A DNA stretch of 64,000 bases from Acidobacteriota bacterium (GTDB lineage: Bacteria; Acidobacteriota; UBA6911; RPQK01; JAJDTT01). The stretch spans positions 2,828,714-2,892,713 of the forward strand of contig OZ241897.1 in assembly GCA_965203535.1 (NCBI GenBank). Direction: 5' to 3'. The notes below the pieces were generated by a model. That model was not told the origin of the DNA and searched no databases. It saw nothing but the letters and a program-made list of their open reading frames with translations. Below are positions 20,740 through 30,666 of the stretch, in pieces. Each line of letters starts with the position of its first letter. Position 1 is the first letter of the stretch. Position numbers and translations under genes: made by a program.

Positions 20740-21507
20740 CTAGGCTCCCGCCACCGCCTGCGGCCGGTCCTGCACCAGGCCGGCATACCCTCTCTCTTCC
20801 AGTTCCAGAGCCAACTCCTTGCCCCCCGACCGGACGATGCGGCCGCGGGCCAGGACATGGACGAAGTCGGGGACGACGTAATTGAGCAGACGCTGATAGT
20901 GGGTCACGACGATGATGGCCCGCTCGGACGACCTCATGGCGTTGACCCCGTAAGCGACGACCTTCAGCGCGTCGATATCCAGCCCCGAATCGGTCTCGTC
21001 CATGATGCAGAGGTCCGGTTCCAGGACCGCCATCTGGAAGACCTCGTTGCGTTTCTTCTCGCCGCCCGAGAAACCTTCGTTCACCGGCCGGGTCAGGAGG
21101 CTCTCGTCCATCTTCAGAAGCCGGGTCTTCTCACGGACCAGCTTGAGGAAATCCAGAGCGTCGACCTCCTCCTGGGAGCGGCTGACCCGGATCGAGTTGA
21201 GTGCGGCTCTCAGGAAATAGGTGTTGCTCACTCCGGGAATCTCCACCGGGTACTGAAAGGCCAGGAATATTCCCGACTGGGCCCGCTCTTCCGGTGAGCA
21301 CTCCAACAGGTCTTCGCCCTTGTAGGCGATCGTCCCCCGAGTGACCTCGTAGTCTTCCCGGCCGGCCAACACCTGGGCCAAGGTGCTCTTTCCGGACCCG
21401 TTGGGCCCCATGATGGAGTGGATCTCTCCCTTGCGGACCGTCAGGTCCACACCGTTCAGGATCTTCGTATCCCCCGATCTCACATGCAGATCACTGATTT
21501 CGAGCAT
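20740..21507 (-). CDS. sufC: Fe-S cluster assembly ATPase SufC
   Basis: 255 aa. Walker A GPNGSGKST, ABC signature FSGGEKKR, Walker B LCIMDETDSGLD. Confidence 0.95.
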   Translation of the reverse strand: MLEISDLHVRSGDTKILNGVDLTVRKGEIHSIMGPNGSGKSTLAQVLAGREDYEVTRGTIAYKGEDLLECSPEERAQSGIFLAFQYPVEIPGVSNTYFLRAALNSIRVSRSQEEVDALDFLKLVREKTRLLKMDESLLTRPVNEGFSGGEKKRNEVFQMAVLEPDLCIMDETDSGLDIDALKVVAYGVNAMRSSERAIIVVTHYQRLLNYVVPDFVHVLARGRIVRSGGKELALELEERGYAGLVQDRPQAVAGA

Positions 21508-21565
21508 TGGATTCCCTCCCTGGGTTCAGGAGCCTCGCGGCTTGATGGATGGGCGGCGTGGCGGT

Positions 21566-23023
21566 CTACCCGACACTCCCTTCGAGGCTGATGGACAGCA
21601 GTTTCTGGGCCTCGACGGCGAATTCCATCGGCAGTTCCTTGATGACCTTCTTGCAGAAGCCATTGACGATCATGGAGACGGCGTCCTCCGCCGAAAGTCC
21701 CCGCTGTTGGCAATAGAAGATCTGATCCTCTCCGATCTTTGAGGTCGACGCCTCATGCTCCATGTGGGCGCTGCTGTTGTTCACCTCGATATAGGGGAAG
21801 GTATGGGCTCCACACTCGTCCCCCATCAACATGGAATCGCACTGGGTATAGTTGCGGGCCCTTTCGGCGCCGGAACCGATCCGGACCAGGCCCCGGTAGG
21901 TATTCTGTCCATGGCCGGCCGAAATCCCCTTGGAGACGATGTTGCTCCGGGTGTTCCTGCCGATGTGGATCATCTTGGTCCCGGTATCCGCCTGCTGCCG
22001 GTTGTTGGTCAAGGCCACCGAGTAGAATTCCCCCACGGAATTGTCGCCGATCAGGATGCAACTGGGATATTTCCAGGTAATCGCCGATCCCGTCTCCACC
22101 TGCGTCCATGAGATCTTGGAGTTGACCCCCTGGCACTTGCCCCGCTTGGTGACGAAATTGTAGATGCCGCCTTTGCCGTTCTTGTCCCCCGGGTACCAGT
22201 TCTGAATGGTGGAGTACTTGATCTCCGCATTGTCCAGCGCCACCAGTTCCACCACCGCCGCGTGGAGCTGATTCTCGTCTCTCATGGGCGCGGTGCAGCC
22301 CTCCAGATAGCTGACGTACGACCCCTCGTCGGCGACGATCAGGGTGCGCTCGAATTGCCCGGTCTTGGCGGCATTGATCCGGAAGTAGGTCGAAAGCTCC
22401 ATGGGGCAGCGGACGCCTTTGGGCACGTAGACGAAGGAGCCATCGGTGAAGACGGCCGAGTTCAACGCCGCAAAGAAATTGTCCGTGTGGGGTACCACCG
22501 AACCCAGATAGCGCCGAACCAGCTCCGGATGTTCCTGAATGGCTTCGCTGAACGAACAGAAGATGATTCCCAGTTCCGACAGCTTCTCCTTGAAGGTCGT
22601 GGCCACCGAGACGCTGTCGAAGACGGCATCCACGGCCACCTCCGTGACCCCGGCCAACATTTCCTGCTCCCGCAGGGGAATGCCCAGCTTTTCGTAGGTG
22701 GCGCGGATCTCGGGGTCGATGTCGTCCAGGCTCTTGGGACCGTCGCCGTTCGACTTGGGAGCCGAATAGTAGACGATGTCCTGGTAGTCGATGGGTGGAT
22801 AGTGGACATTGGGCCACTCCGGCTCCGTCATCTTCCGCCAGCGGCGATAGGCCCTGAGCCGCCACTGGAGCATCCACTCGGGCTCCCCCTTCTTGGATGC
22901 GATCAGCCCGATGGTGTTTTCGCCCAGACCGGGAGGAACCTCGTCGGTCTCCACATCGGTGTAGAAACCGTATTTGTATTCCTCCGCCGCCAGATCCTGC
23001 AACTGTTCCATCTCAGTAGGCAT
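21566..23023 (-). CDS. sufB: Fe-S cluster assembly scaffold SufB
   Basis: 485 aa, highly conserved SufB sequence (YKYGF..., ...[17 protein letters not shown]..., ...[20 protein letters not shown]). Confidence 0.95.
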   Translation of the reverse strand: MPTEMEQLQDLAAEEYKYGFYTDVETDEVPPGLGENTIGLIASKKGEPEWMLQWRLRAYRRWRKMTEPEWPNVHYPPIDYQDIVYYSAPKSNGDGPKSLDDIDPEIRATYEKLGIPLREQEMLAGVTEVAVDAVFDSVSVATTFKEKLSELGIIFCSFSEAIQEHPELVRRYLGSVVPHTDNFFAALNSAVFTDGSFVYVPKGVRCPMELSTYFRINAAKTGQFERTLIVADEGSYVSYLEGCTAPMRDENQLHAAVVELVALDNAEIKYSTIQNWYPGDKNGKGGIYNFVTKRGKCQGVNSKISWTQVETGSAITWKYPSCILIGDNSVGEFYSVALTNNRQQADTGTKMIHIGRNTRSNIVSKGISAGHGQNTYRGLVRIGSGAERARNYTQCDSMLMGDECGAHTFPYIEVNNSSAHMEHEASTSKIGEDQIFYCQQRGLSAEDAVSMIVNGFCKKVIKELPMEFAVEAQKLLSISLEGSVG

Positions 23024-23073
23024 GGGATTCCTCTCTCACCGACGATGGTCGTTCCGGCAATCCTTCCGGGTCT

Positions 23074-23544
23074 TCAGCCTGCGGCCTGCGGCGGGCCCAA
23101 CTCATTGCCGCGTCCCGCCTCCAGCGGGACCAACGAGTCTGACAGCGGAGACGTCATGTCCTGCAGACTGATCCTCTCCAGTGCGTCCAGTACCGCCTGG
23201 TTGATCACCTGCCAGTTGCTCCGGATACAGCAGACCGGTTCCTGCTTGCACTCTCCCGGGGTCCCGATGCACTCGGTCATGGCAATGGGTCCCTCGATGA
23301 CGTTGATGATGTCCGCCACCGAGATCCGCCCCGGCTTGAGCGCCAGACTATAGCCTCCCTTGGCGCCGCGGCGGGACGACAGGACTCCTTGCCGAGTCAA
23401 CACCTTGAGGATCTTGCTGACCATGGGCAGCGGGATCCGGGTTTCGTCGGAAAGTGTGCGAGCACTGTAGGTCAGTCCCTCGCCACCGGCAAAATGCGTC
23501 AACAGAACGATTCCGTAGTCGGCCTCCTTGCTCATTCGTATCAC
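23074..23544 (-). CDS. Rrf2-family transcriptional regulator (IscR/SufR-like), first gene of the suf operon
   Basis: wHTH region and a Cys cluster (MTECIGTPGECKQEPVCCIR) suited to Fe-S ligation. The true start may be the ATG at 23535 (MSKEADYG). Confidence 0.85.
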   Translation of the reverse strand: MIRMSKEADYGIVLLTHFAGGEGLTYSARTLSDETRIPLPMVSKILKVLTRQGVLSSRRGAKGGYSLALKPGRISVADIINVIEGPIAMTECIGTPGECKQEPVCCIRSNWQVINQAVLDALERISLQDMTSPLSDSLVPLEAGRGNELGPPQAAG

Positions 23545-23569
23545 GATCTCGTCACCCTCTGGATCGCAT

Positions 23570-23599
23570 ATAGTACTAATTTGGTCCTGTTTCTGTCAA
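23570..23599 (-). promoter_or_regulatory. Candidate sigma-70 promoter of the rrf2-suf operon with an overlapping palindrome
   Basis: Minus strand reads TTGACA (23599..23594), an 18-nt spacer, then TACTAT (23575..23570). The 8-bp palindrome TAGTACTA (23571..23578) overlaps the -10. Confidence 0.4.
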
Positions 23600-23705
23600 C
23601 GTCCGCGGCAGCCGATTCCAAAGCGGGTTTCAGACCCTGCTGCCCACCGGTCTCACGGGGCGGGGATCCGGCGAGCCATGAACGCGTCGACGGAAGGAAG
23701 GACCG

Positions 23706-24722
23706 CTACGGACGGGGCGCAGGCGGAGAACCGGGGGCGTAATATCCGGGCCGGGTATGGACGACGGCGCCGGGAACCGCCGCCCGGATCGTCACGTCGC
23801 GCCAGGAGCCGTCACGGGCGCGATTGGTCGGACGATAGGAGATATAGTATTGATTCTTAAGCTCTTCCGCTACCCTCACATAGACATCGGAAAGGCTTTG
23901 GAAGGCCTCGCTGTCAAGAACGCGGCCTCCGGTCCGGTCCGCCAGCGTGCGGAGAAATTTCCTCGCACCGATGATGTACTCGTCGGTCATCTGCCGGGGA
24001 ATGAGGCGTCCGCGGCTCATGAGCTGGACTCGGGCGTTCATGGCGCCTCTCCAGTACGCTTCCACCGTCGACGCGACGTAGGTCATGGCCTCTGAGCGGG
24101 TCACCAGATCCAGGGCCTCCTCGGGAGTGACCATGCTGTTGGTGTCGATTCCGTCGGACAGCAGAATGATCGCTTTTCTTCCCGACACGCCGGCCAGGAG
24201 ATCGTCGCAGGTGACGTAGAGGGCGTCGTTCAGAACGGTCCGTCCCTTGGCATAGATCTTCAGCATCGCGTTCTGGATGCGCTGGCGGTCGTTGGTCCAA
24301 TCGAGGATGAGCTTCGGAAGGCTGCTGAAGGTGATGACGGCGATCTGGTCCTCCTCGCCGAGGCTGTCCACGAAGCGGAGAGCCGCCCGCCGGATCTCGC
24401 TCTGGCTTCCCCGGGTGCTTCCACTGACGTCCACCAGCAGCACCACACGCACGGGCAACGCCTCGCTGTAGAAGTTCAGGATCTCCTGCCGGACGCCGTC
24501 CTCGTAGACGGAGAACTGGTCGCGGGTCAGGCCCCGGAGGAAACCGCCCTGGGCGGAACGCGCGTTCACGGAAAGGAAGACCTGGTCTACGGCGACGCCG
24601 ATTCTGAAGCCGGTGTCGGTTTCTTCGACCTGGGGCGGGACACCTTCTTCGGCCTGGGGCGGGGCATCGTCCTGGATAGCGGGCCAGAAGAGCCCCCAGA
24701 TCAACAGCGTGAGATGAGCCAC
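23706..24722 (-). CDS. Secreted von Willebrand factor A domain protein (acidobacterial VWFA-related type)
   Basis: 338 aa. Signal-like N-terminus, MIDAS motif LLVDVSGST, C-terminal ...RPGYYAP. Paralogue of 53252..54793. Confidence 0.75.
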   Translation of the reverse strand: MAHLTLLIWGLFWPAIQDDAPPQAEEGVPPQVEETDTGFRIGVAVDQVFLSVNARSAQGGFLRGLTRDQFSVYEDGVRQEILNFYSEALPVRVVLLVDVSGSTRGSQSEIRRAALRFVDSLGEEDQIAVITFSSLPKLILDWTNDRQRIQNAMLKIYAKGRTVLNDALYVTCDDLLAGVSGRKAIILLSDGIDTNSMVTPEEALDLVTRSEAMTYVASTVEAYWRGAMNARVQLMSRGRLIPRQMTDEYIIGARKFLRTLADRTGGRVLDSEAFQSLSDVYVRVAEELKNQYYISYRPTNRARDGSWRDVTIRAAVPGAVVHTRPGYYAPGSPPAPRP

Positions 24723-24759
24723 GGGTCCATTATAGCGGAGGACCCGGTTTCGGATACGG

Positions 24760-25215
24760 TCAGGGCAGAGGGGACTTCGTCTTTTCCAGGAGGCGGATCG
24801 GCCCGATCTCCAGTCCCGGGTCCACTGCCTTGCACATGTCGTAGAGGGTGAGGGCGGTGACGGCCACTGCCGTCAAGGCCTCCATCTCCACGCCGGTCGC
24901 CCAGCGGCAACTGACTCGGCTCCGGATCAGGAACCCCGATTCGTCCAACTCCACGTCCACGTCGACGAAGTCCAGGTTGATGTTGTGGCAGAGTGGAATG
25001 AGGTTGCTGGTCCGCTTGGCCGCCTCGATTCCGGCCAGACGGGCGACCTCGAACGGATTGCCCTTGGGAAGGCCGGCTTCCACAATCACCCGGCGGGTCT
25101 TCTCCGCAACCAGGACCCGCCCCTCGGCGGCAGCCGTCCGGCGGACCAGTTTCTTGGCGCCGATGTCCACCATGCGCGCTCTTCCCGTCGAATCCACATG
25201 GGTCAGCCGTGTCAT
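24760..25215 (-). CDS. moaC: Cyclic pyranopterin monophosphate synthase MoaC
   Basis: Internal Met MTRLTHVD...MVDIG.K...RTSNLIPLCHNI...GVEMEALTAV. GAGGAGG Shine-Dalgarno upstream. The upstream part of ORF 24760..25422 lies in a repeat. Confidence 0.9.
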   Translation of the reverse strand: MTRLTHVDSTGRARMVDIGAKKLVRRTAAAEGRVLVAEKTRRVIVEAGLPKGNPFEVARLAGIEAAKRTSNLIPLCHNINLDFVDVDVELDESGFLIRSRVSCRWATGVEMEALTAVAVTALTLYDMCKAVDPGLEIGPIRLLEKTKSPLP

Positions 25216-25230
25216 CCCGCCTCCTCTCAA

Positions 25231-25390
25231 CAGTCCGTGGTGAAAGTCCCGCGAGCACCGAGACCGTTCCTGCGCCCGCCGGACAAGGCGCGATTCGGGC
25301 ACATACCGGGAGTATGTGTGTTCGAATCGCAACGCCGTCCTCCGGGATGCAGGGACGGTCGAATGCCATGATGACTCTTGCCACGGGCTG
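25231..25390. repeat. Foldback (long imperfect palindrome) intergenic repeat, full copy A
   Basis: About 160 bp filling the moeA-moaC spacer. Aligns over its whole length with the reverse complement of 31271..31428. Ends are CAGTCCGTGGTGAAAGTC ... GACTCTTGCCACGGGCTG. Confidence 0.75.
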
Positions 25391-26629
25391 TCATGCCAGT
25401 CGGCCCCGGCCCGGGTCGGCATCGAGGAGCAGGACCGAGGCCCGGGCTCCGGCGGCGATACCGGAAACGTGGGAGGGGATGACCAGCAGGGAATCCGCCC
25501 GGGCGAACCCCGTCAGATCGGCGGACCCTCCCGTCTCGACCGGGGAAACCCGGAGTGTCCCGCTCCACTCCATGCGGGCCGGCTTGAAGAAGGTGCGGCC
25601 CGGCTTTTGGGAGACGGCCTGCGTCAACGTCGCCTCGACCCGCCGCAACGAGACCGATTCGAATCCCATCCACTGCCGGACCATCGGCCTCGCAAAGAGC
25701 TGAAAAGTGACGAATGCCGAAACCGGATTGCCCGGAAGACCGAAAGCCAGAGTCGATCCCTTTCGGCCCACACAGATCGGTTTTCCCGGTTTGACGGCGG
25801 CCTTGTGGAAAATCAGTCCGGCTCCTTCCCGCTCCAGGATCCGGTGGACGTAATCGTACTCGCCCATGGACACGCCGCCGGAGAGAAGGAGGAGGTCGAA
25901 TTTCAGTCCGGTTCGAATGGCCTCGGCGATGCGTTCCGGATCGTCTCCCACCGAGATCTCCGATTCGACCTTCAGCCCCAGCCGGCGACAGAGCGCCGAG
26001 ATCATGGGGCCGTTGGAATTTCGAATCTGTCCGAACCGGGGCCGGGTGTCGACCGGCACCAACTCATCTCCGGTGGAAACCACGGCGACGGAGAGCGAAC
26101 GAAAGACTTTGGGCCGAGCCTGGCCGAAGGAGGCCAGGACACCAATTTCGCCGGGGCCGATCAATCGTCCCGCTTCCAGAACCACGCTTCCCCTGGCGAC
26201 TTCCCTGCCCTGACTCGAGACGTTTGTCCCCGGCGCCACCGTCTTCAAGATCTCGACGGTGGATCCATCGACCATTCTCGATTCCTCCACCATCTGAACC
26301 GCATCGGTGTCGGGCGGGACCGGCGCCCCGGTCATGATCCGCACCGTTTCGCCGGGAGCCACGGACGGCAACGAATCCGCTCCGGCCGCCACCTCTCCGA
26401 CCACGGCCAGGCGGGCCGGGACTTCCCGGACGTCGGCGCTGCGGACGGCAAAGCCGTCCATGAACGATTTGTCGAACGGGGGCACGTCCGCGTCCGCATG
26501 AACGGGAGACGCCAGAACTCGATCCAGACACTGCTCCAACGGCAGTGTCACCTTCACCGGGGGCGGACACTGGGCAAGAATCCGCTCCAACGCCTCTTCA
26601 TAGGGAAGCAAATCGGCCATTTCGTTCAT
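25391..26629 (-). CDS. moeA: Molybdopterin molybdenumtransferase MoeA
   Basis: 412 aa. N-terminal LPYEEALERIL..., the PPFDKSFMDGFAV motif, and a central MoCF-binding domain (SGGVSMGEYD). Confidence 0.9.
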   Translation of the reverse strand: MNEMADLLPYEEALERILAQCPPPVKVTLPLEQCLDRVLASPVHADADVPPFDKSFMDGFAVRSADVREVPARLAVVGEVAAGADSLPSVAPGETVRIMTGAPVPPDTDAVQMVEESRMVDGSTVEILKTVAPGTNVSSQGREVARGSVVLEAGRLIGPGEIGVLASFGQARPKVFRSLSVAVVSTGDELVPVDTRPRFGQIRNSNGPMISALCRRLGLKVESEISVGDDPERIAEAIRTGLKFDLLLLSGGVSMGEYDYVHRILEREGAGLIFHKAAVKPGKPICVGRKGSTLAFGLPGNPVSAFVTFQLFARPMVRQWMGFESVSLRRVEATLTQAVSQKPGRTFFKPARMEWSGTLRVSPVETGGSADLTGFARADSLLVIPSHVSGIAAGARASVLLLDADPGRGRLA

Positions 26630-26654
26630 GCTCCCTGTTCGGTTCCGGAGCCTG

Positions 26655-26719
26655 GGAGCCAGCAGTCCGCCGGGATGCGGACCCGGTCGAACGCCGTGAC
26701 GATTTCTGCCACGGCCTGC
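26655..26719. repeat. Foldback repeat, half copy C
   Basis: GCCGGGATGCGGACCCGGTCGAACGCCGTGACGATTTCTGCCACGGCCTG matches the right arm of copy A (TCCGGGATGCAGGGACGGTCGAATGCCATGATGACTCTTGCCACGGGCTG). Lies between the mutase stop and the moeA start. Confidence 0.6.
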
Positions 26720-28320
26720 TACAGCACCACCTGCTCCCGATACTCCCCGAACACCTCTCTCATGGCTTCGGACATTTCTCCGACCGTCGCACCCGCCTCG
26801 ACCCCCTCAACAATGGCGGCCATCGTATTCTCCCGGCCCCGGGCGGTTCGGGTCAGTTTCTCCATGGCGCGGCGCCAACCATCCCGGTTCCGCCCGGCCC
26901 GCTGCCGTGACAATTCCATGATCTGCCGCTCTCTCGTCTCGGGATCCACCCTCAGCAAATCAATGTCGACCGGATCTTCATCCTGAAACCGGTTGACGCC
27001 CACCACCACCCTTTCCCCCGACTCAAGGGTTCTCTGGAGACGATGAGCCGAGTCCTGGATCTCTCGCTGGACGAACCCGCTCTCGATAGCCGGCACCATC
27101 CCTCCCATGGACCGGATGCGCTCCAGGTAGCTTTCCGACTCCTCCTCCAGGCGGTTCGTGAGCTTCTCCAGGTACCAACTCCCGCCGAGCGGATCGACCA
27201 CGTCCGTCAGACCCGATTCGTGGGCCAGAATCTGTTGGGTCCGGAGCGCCAACTCGGCGGCGGCCTCTGTCGGAAGAGACATGGCCTCGTCTTTGCCGTT
27301 GGTGTGAAGCGACTGGGTGCCCCCCAGGACCGCAGCCAACGCCTGCACGGCGGTTCGCACCACGTTGTTGTCCGGCTGCTGCGCCGTCAGGGTGCTTCCA
27401 CCCGTCTGGGTGTGAAAACGCATCATGCAGGACTTGGGATTCGCGGCGCCCCAGCGTTCCTTGACGCAACGGGCCCAGAGCCGGCGCGCCGCCCGGAACT
27501 TGGCCACCTCCTCGAACAGGTCGTTGTGGGCCGCGAAGAAAAAGGAAAGCCGCGGGGCGAATTCATCGATGTGAAGACCCGCCTTCAAGACCGATTCCAC
27601 GTAGGTTTCGGCATTGGCCAACGTGAATCCGATCTCCTGAGCGGCTGTAGAGCCAGCCTCCCGGATGTGGTAGCCGCTGATGGAAATGGGATTCCATCCG
27701 GGAACCGTCTCATGACAGAACGTCACCAGGTCGGTGACCAGCCGGAGGGATGCGTCCACTGGGTAGAGGTAGGTGCCGCGGGCAATGTATTCCTTGAGAA
27801 TGTCGTTCTGGACCGTGCCCCGCACCTTCCCCCAGGACGTTCCCTGCCGGCGGGCCTGAACCAGGTAGAGCGCCAGCAAAATCGGCGCGGTTGCATTGAT
27901 GGTCATGGAGGTGGAAACCCTGCCCAGGTCGATTTCACGGAACAAGGTCCCCATGTCCCACAGGCCGTCTATGGCAACGCCGGCGCGGCCGACCTCACCC
28001 TCCGCCAGGGGATGGTCCGAATCCAAGCCCAGTTGAGTCGGCAGGTCGAACGCTACGGACAGGCCCCTGTTTCCCTGAGAGAGGAGATAGCGGTATCGAC
28101 GATTGGATTCTCGCGCTGTGGCGTAGCCCGAATACTGGCGGATCGTCCAGTGGCGGTCACGATACATGCCGGGATAGGCGCCCCGAGTGAAAGGATAGCC
28201 GCCCGGGTTCCCCAAGTCCCTGTTCTCGTCGAATTCCGGGACGTCTTTGGGCCCGAAGCATGCCTGCTCAGGTTCGCCGGCGCCGACGCCGGACCTCAAT
28301 CCGGTGGCATCGTTCCTCAC
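26719..28320 (-). CDS. Methylmalonyl-CoA mutase family protein, catalytic (TIM-barrel) subunit without a B12-binding domain
   Basis: 533 aa. YPFTRG...[12 protein letters not shown]...[19 protein letters not shown] motifs. GTG start at 28320 as listed; the start is uncertain. Confidence 0.85.
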   Translation of the reverse strand: MRNDATGLRSGVGAGEPEQACFGPKDVPEFDENRDLGNPGGYPFTRGAYPGMYRDRHWTIRQYSGYATARESNRRYRYLLSQGNRGLSVAFDLPTQLGLDSDHPLAEGEVGRAGVAIDGLWDMGTLFREIDLGRVSTSMTINATAPILLALYLVQARRQGTSWGKVRGTVQNDILKEYIARGTYLYPVDASLRLVTDLVTFCHETVPGWNPISISGYHIREAGSTAAQEIGFTLANAETYVESVLKAGLHIDEFAPRLSFFFAAHNDLFEEVAKFRAARRLWARCVKERWGAANPKSCMMRFHTQTGGSTLTAQQPDNNVVRTAVQALAAVLGGTQSLHTNGKDEAMSLPTEAAAELALRTQQILAHESGLTDVVDPLGGSWYLEKLTNRLEEESESYLERIRSMGGMVPAIESGFVQREIQDSAHRLQRTLESGERVVVGVNRFQDEDPVDIDLLRVDPETRERQIMELSRQRAGRNRDGWRRAMEKLTRTARGRENTMAAIVEGVEAGATVGEMSEAMREVFGEYREQVVL

Positions 28321-28348
28321 TTTACAAGCACCCCGTGTTTGATATCAT
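28321..28348 (+). promoter_or_regulatory. Weak candidate promoter for the small ORF / mnmG unit
   Basis: TTTACA (28321..28326), a 16-nt spacer, then TATCAT (28343..28348). Pattern match only. Confidence 0.2.
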
Positions 28349-28434
28349 GGGCCCAATCCCGAGCAAGCGCGCCGCAAGGTCGCAGCCTTGCTCGATTTCG
28401 GCAGGATGTTAGCAACGGGAAGGGTGGAACTCAA

Positions 28435-28698
28435 ATGCAAGACGGGCAGTTGAAGGACTACAAGAAGAAACTCGAGTCAGCCATCAACGAAGCCCTCGTC
28501 AGTTCCCCCCAGATCAACGCCGCCATACAGGGCATTCGAGAACACGGATACGATGTCTTCCTCATCATCGAAGCCACCATCGGTTTCAATGCGAGAGGGA
28601 GTGGAGCGGCGCCGGCCAAGAAACTGTCTGCGGTCCGGCTGCAGTTGACGGGTCAGGACGAGAAGTTTCTGCGCTCGCTGAAGATCAGCCCCGAGTAG
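28435..28698 (+). CDS. Hypothetical small protein (87 aa)
   Basis: Internal ATG of ORF 27043..28698: MQDGQLKDYKKKLESAINEALVSSPQINAAIQGIREHGYDVFLIIEATIGF... Balanced, non-shadow composition and a GGGTGG-like SD 8 nt upstream. No family recognised. Confidence 0.45.
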   Translation: MQDGQLKDYKKKLESAINEALVSSPQINAAIQGIREHGYDVFLIIEATIGFNARGSGAAPAKKLSAVRLQLTGQDEKFLRSLKISPE

Positions 28699-28761
28699 CC
28701 CACCCTTTGTGGCCGGGTCCAATTGGGCGCCTCCGGCCGTGAAGACGATATAATCCCCGCC

Positions 28762-30666
28762 ATGCCCGATCTCTCGGTCGACGTCATTGTCATTGGGGGC
28801 GGCCACGCCGGTTGCGAGGCGGCGTTTGCCGCGGCCCGAATGGGGGCCGATACCGCCCTGGTCACCATAAACCGGGAAATGATTGCCCAGATGTCTTGCA
28901 ACCCCTCCGTCGGGGGCATCGGCAAGGGTCACCTGGTGCGGGAGATCGACGCCCTGGGGGGCCTCATCGGCCAGGTGGGGGATTCGAACGGGATCCATTT
29001 CCGGCTGCTCAATCGGAGTCGCGGCCCCGCCGTCCAGGCCCCTCGCGCCCAGTGCGACAAGAAGCTCTACCGGCAGGAGATGCAGCATCGGCTGCGTTGT
29101 CAGGAAAACCTCACGGTGGTCGAGGCAGAGGCCACGGCCCTGTTGCGGAATGGGAATCGAATCGCCGGCATCGAAACCGCTGCCGGGGATCGGATCGACG
29201 CGGCCTGCGTCGTTCTGACCACCGGCACCTTCCTGAACGGGCTCTGCCATTTGGGGCAAAAGAAGTTTCGTGCCGGCCGTTCGGGAGAAAAAGCTTCCGT
29301 GCAGCTCGCCCGTTCCTTGAAGTCCATCGGCTTTCGCCTCGGCCGCCTGAAGACGGGGACGCCGCCGCGGCTCGAACAGAAAAGCATCGACTTCTCTGGT
29401 TTCGAAGTCCAGTCGAGCGATCCGGACCCCACCTTGTTCTCGTTCCAAAGTCAGGGGCCGCGATTGCCCCAAGTCGACTGTTGGCTCACGCTCACCAACA
29501 GCCGGGTCCACGACGTGATTCGCAACAATTTGCATCGCAGCCCCCTTTACAGCGGCGACATCGTCGGTCTCGGACCCCGCTATTGCCCCTCCATTGAAGA
29601 CAAGGTGGTGAAGTTTCCTCACCACGACCGTCATCAGCTGTTCCTGGAGCCGGAAGGACTCGATTCCGAGCTCATTTACGTCAGCGGGCTCTCCACCAGC
29701 CTCCCGGTGGACGTACAGGCAGAGATCCTGGCCCAGATCGGCGGCTTGGAAGAAGCGACCATGATCCGGCCCGGTTACGCTGTGGAGTACGACTACGTTC
29801 AGCCGTCGGAGTTGCGCCCTACGCTGGAGACCAAGAAGGTCGAGGGACTGTTTCATGCCGGCCAGATCAACGGAACCACGGGCTATGAGGAAGCCGCCGG
29901 CCAGGGCATCCTCGCCGGCATCAATGCCGCCCTCAAGGCCGCGGGGGACGAGCCTTTCGTACCGAGCCGCAGCGAGAGCTACCTGGGAATTCTGGTGGAC
30001 GACCTGGTCACCAAGGATGTCGACGAGCCGTATCGAATGTTCACGTCCAGAGCCGAGTGCCGCCTGCTGCTCAGGATCGACAACGCCGACCGTCGGCTCA
30101 TGCCGCACGGCCACAAGCTGGGACTCGTCTCGTCGAAGCTCTTCGAAAAATTCCAGAACAAGTGGAAGCGGATCGACGATGCCATCGAATTCTTACGGAA
30201 GACTCGTCTGAAGAAAGCGTCCCGCCTGCTGGAGGACCTGCGGGAGCGGACCGGCGCTCCCCGCGGAGCCTGCCTGGACCGGCTGCTCAAGCGGCCCGAG
30301 GTCGACATTCGCGATATGACGCCAATTTTGCGGTCCCACGGGCATGATCTGAGCCGTGAGGAGGGGCAGGTGGTCCAGACGCAGATCCGGTACGAAGGCT
30401 ATATCCGGCTGCAGATGGAGGATGTCCGGCGCATGAAGAACATGGAGGGCAGAACCATCCCTGCCGGAATCGACTTCGGCCGCGTCAACGGGCTTTCCCT
30501 GGAAATGAAGGAGCGGTTGGAGCGGGTTCGCCCCACCAGCCTGGGCCAGGCCTCCCGAATCCCCGGAATCACTCCGGCCGCTCTGTCGATGCTGAGCATA
30601 CACCTCGAAGTGAGAAAGAGGACTCTGGTGCGGCAGCCCGTCGCCGGAACGATCTCCCAGGCATGA
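28762..30666 (+). CDS. mnmG: tRNA uridine 5-carboxymethylaminomethyl modification enzyme MnmG (GidA)
   Basis: Start at ATG 28762 ([24 protein letters not shown] motif). Conserved [24 protein letters not shown]. Confidence 0.95.
   Translation: MPDLSVDVIVIGGGHAGCEAAFAAARMGADTALVTINREMIAQMSCNPSVGGIGKGHLVREIDALGGLIGQVGDSNGIHFRLLNRSRGPAVQAPRAQCDKKLYRQEMQHRLRCQENLTVVEAEATALLRNGNRIAGIETAAGDRIDAACVVLTTGTFLNGLCHLGQKKFRAGRSGEKASVQLARSLKSIGFRLGRLKTGTPPRLEQKSIDFSGFEVQSSDPDPTLFSFQSQGPRLPQVDCWLTLTNSRVHDVIRNNLHRSPLYSGDIVGLGPRYCPSIEDKVVKFPHHDRHQLFLEPEGLDSELIYVSGLSTSLPVDVQAEILAQIGGLEEATMIRPGYAVEYDYVQPSELRPTLETKKVEGLFHAGQINGTTGYEEAAGQGILAGINAALKAAGDEPFVPSRSESYLGILVDDLVTKDVDEPYRMFTSRAECRLLLRIDNADRRLMPHGHKLGLVSSKLFEKFQNKWKRIDDAIEFLRKTRLKKASRLLEDLRERTGAPRGACLDRLLKRPEVDIRDMTPILRSHGHDLSREEGQVVQTQIRYEGYIRLQMEDVRRMKNMEGRTIPAGIDFGRVNGLSLEMKERLERVRPTSLGQASRIPGITPAALSMLSIHLEVRKRTLVRQPVAGTISQA

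Noticed and set aside
25231-25390. Reading the structured element next to moaC/moeA as a molybdenum-cofactor riboswitch.
   Set aside because: A near-identical copy sits between rsmG and parA, which is unrelated to Moco, in the opposite orientation. The element is a terminal-inverted-repeat foldback, so a repeat family explains it better.
28477-30114. 545-aa minus-strand ORF, along with many similar long ORFs. Examples: 170..1333, 3715..4824, 5798..7108, 7593..9101, 8800..10095, 13305..14405, 15363..17240, 18252..19502, 19412..20743, 22262..23353, 25316..26986, 31416..32270, 33858..35039, 35458..37059, 37526..38812, 38517..39653, 40495..41568, 43130..44767, 48100..49191, 51853..53205, 55478..56695, 58430..59872, 62845..63627.
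   Set aside because: Each lies antisense to, or out of frame within, a gene with unmistakable conserved motifs. Their products are Arg/Gly/Pro/Ala-rich low-complexity strings, typical of stop-poor shadow frames in GC-rich DNA.
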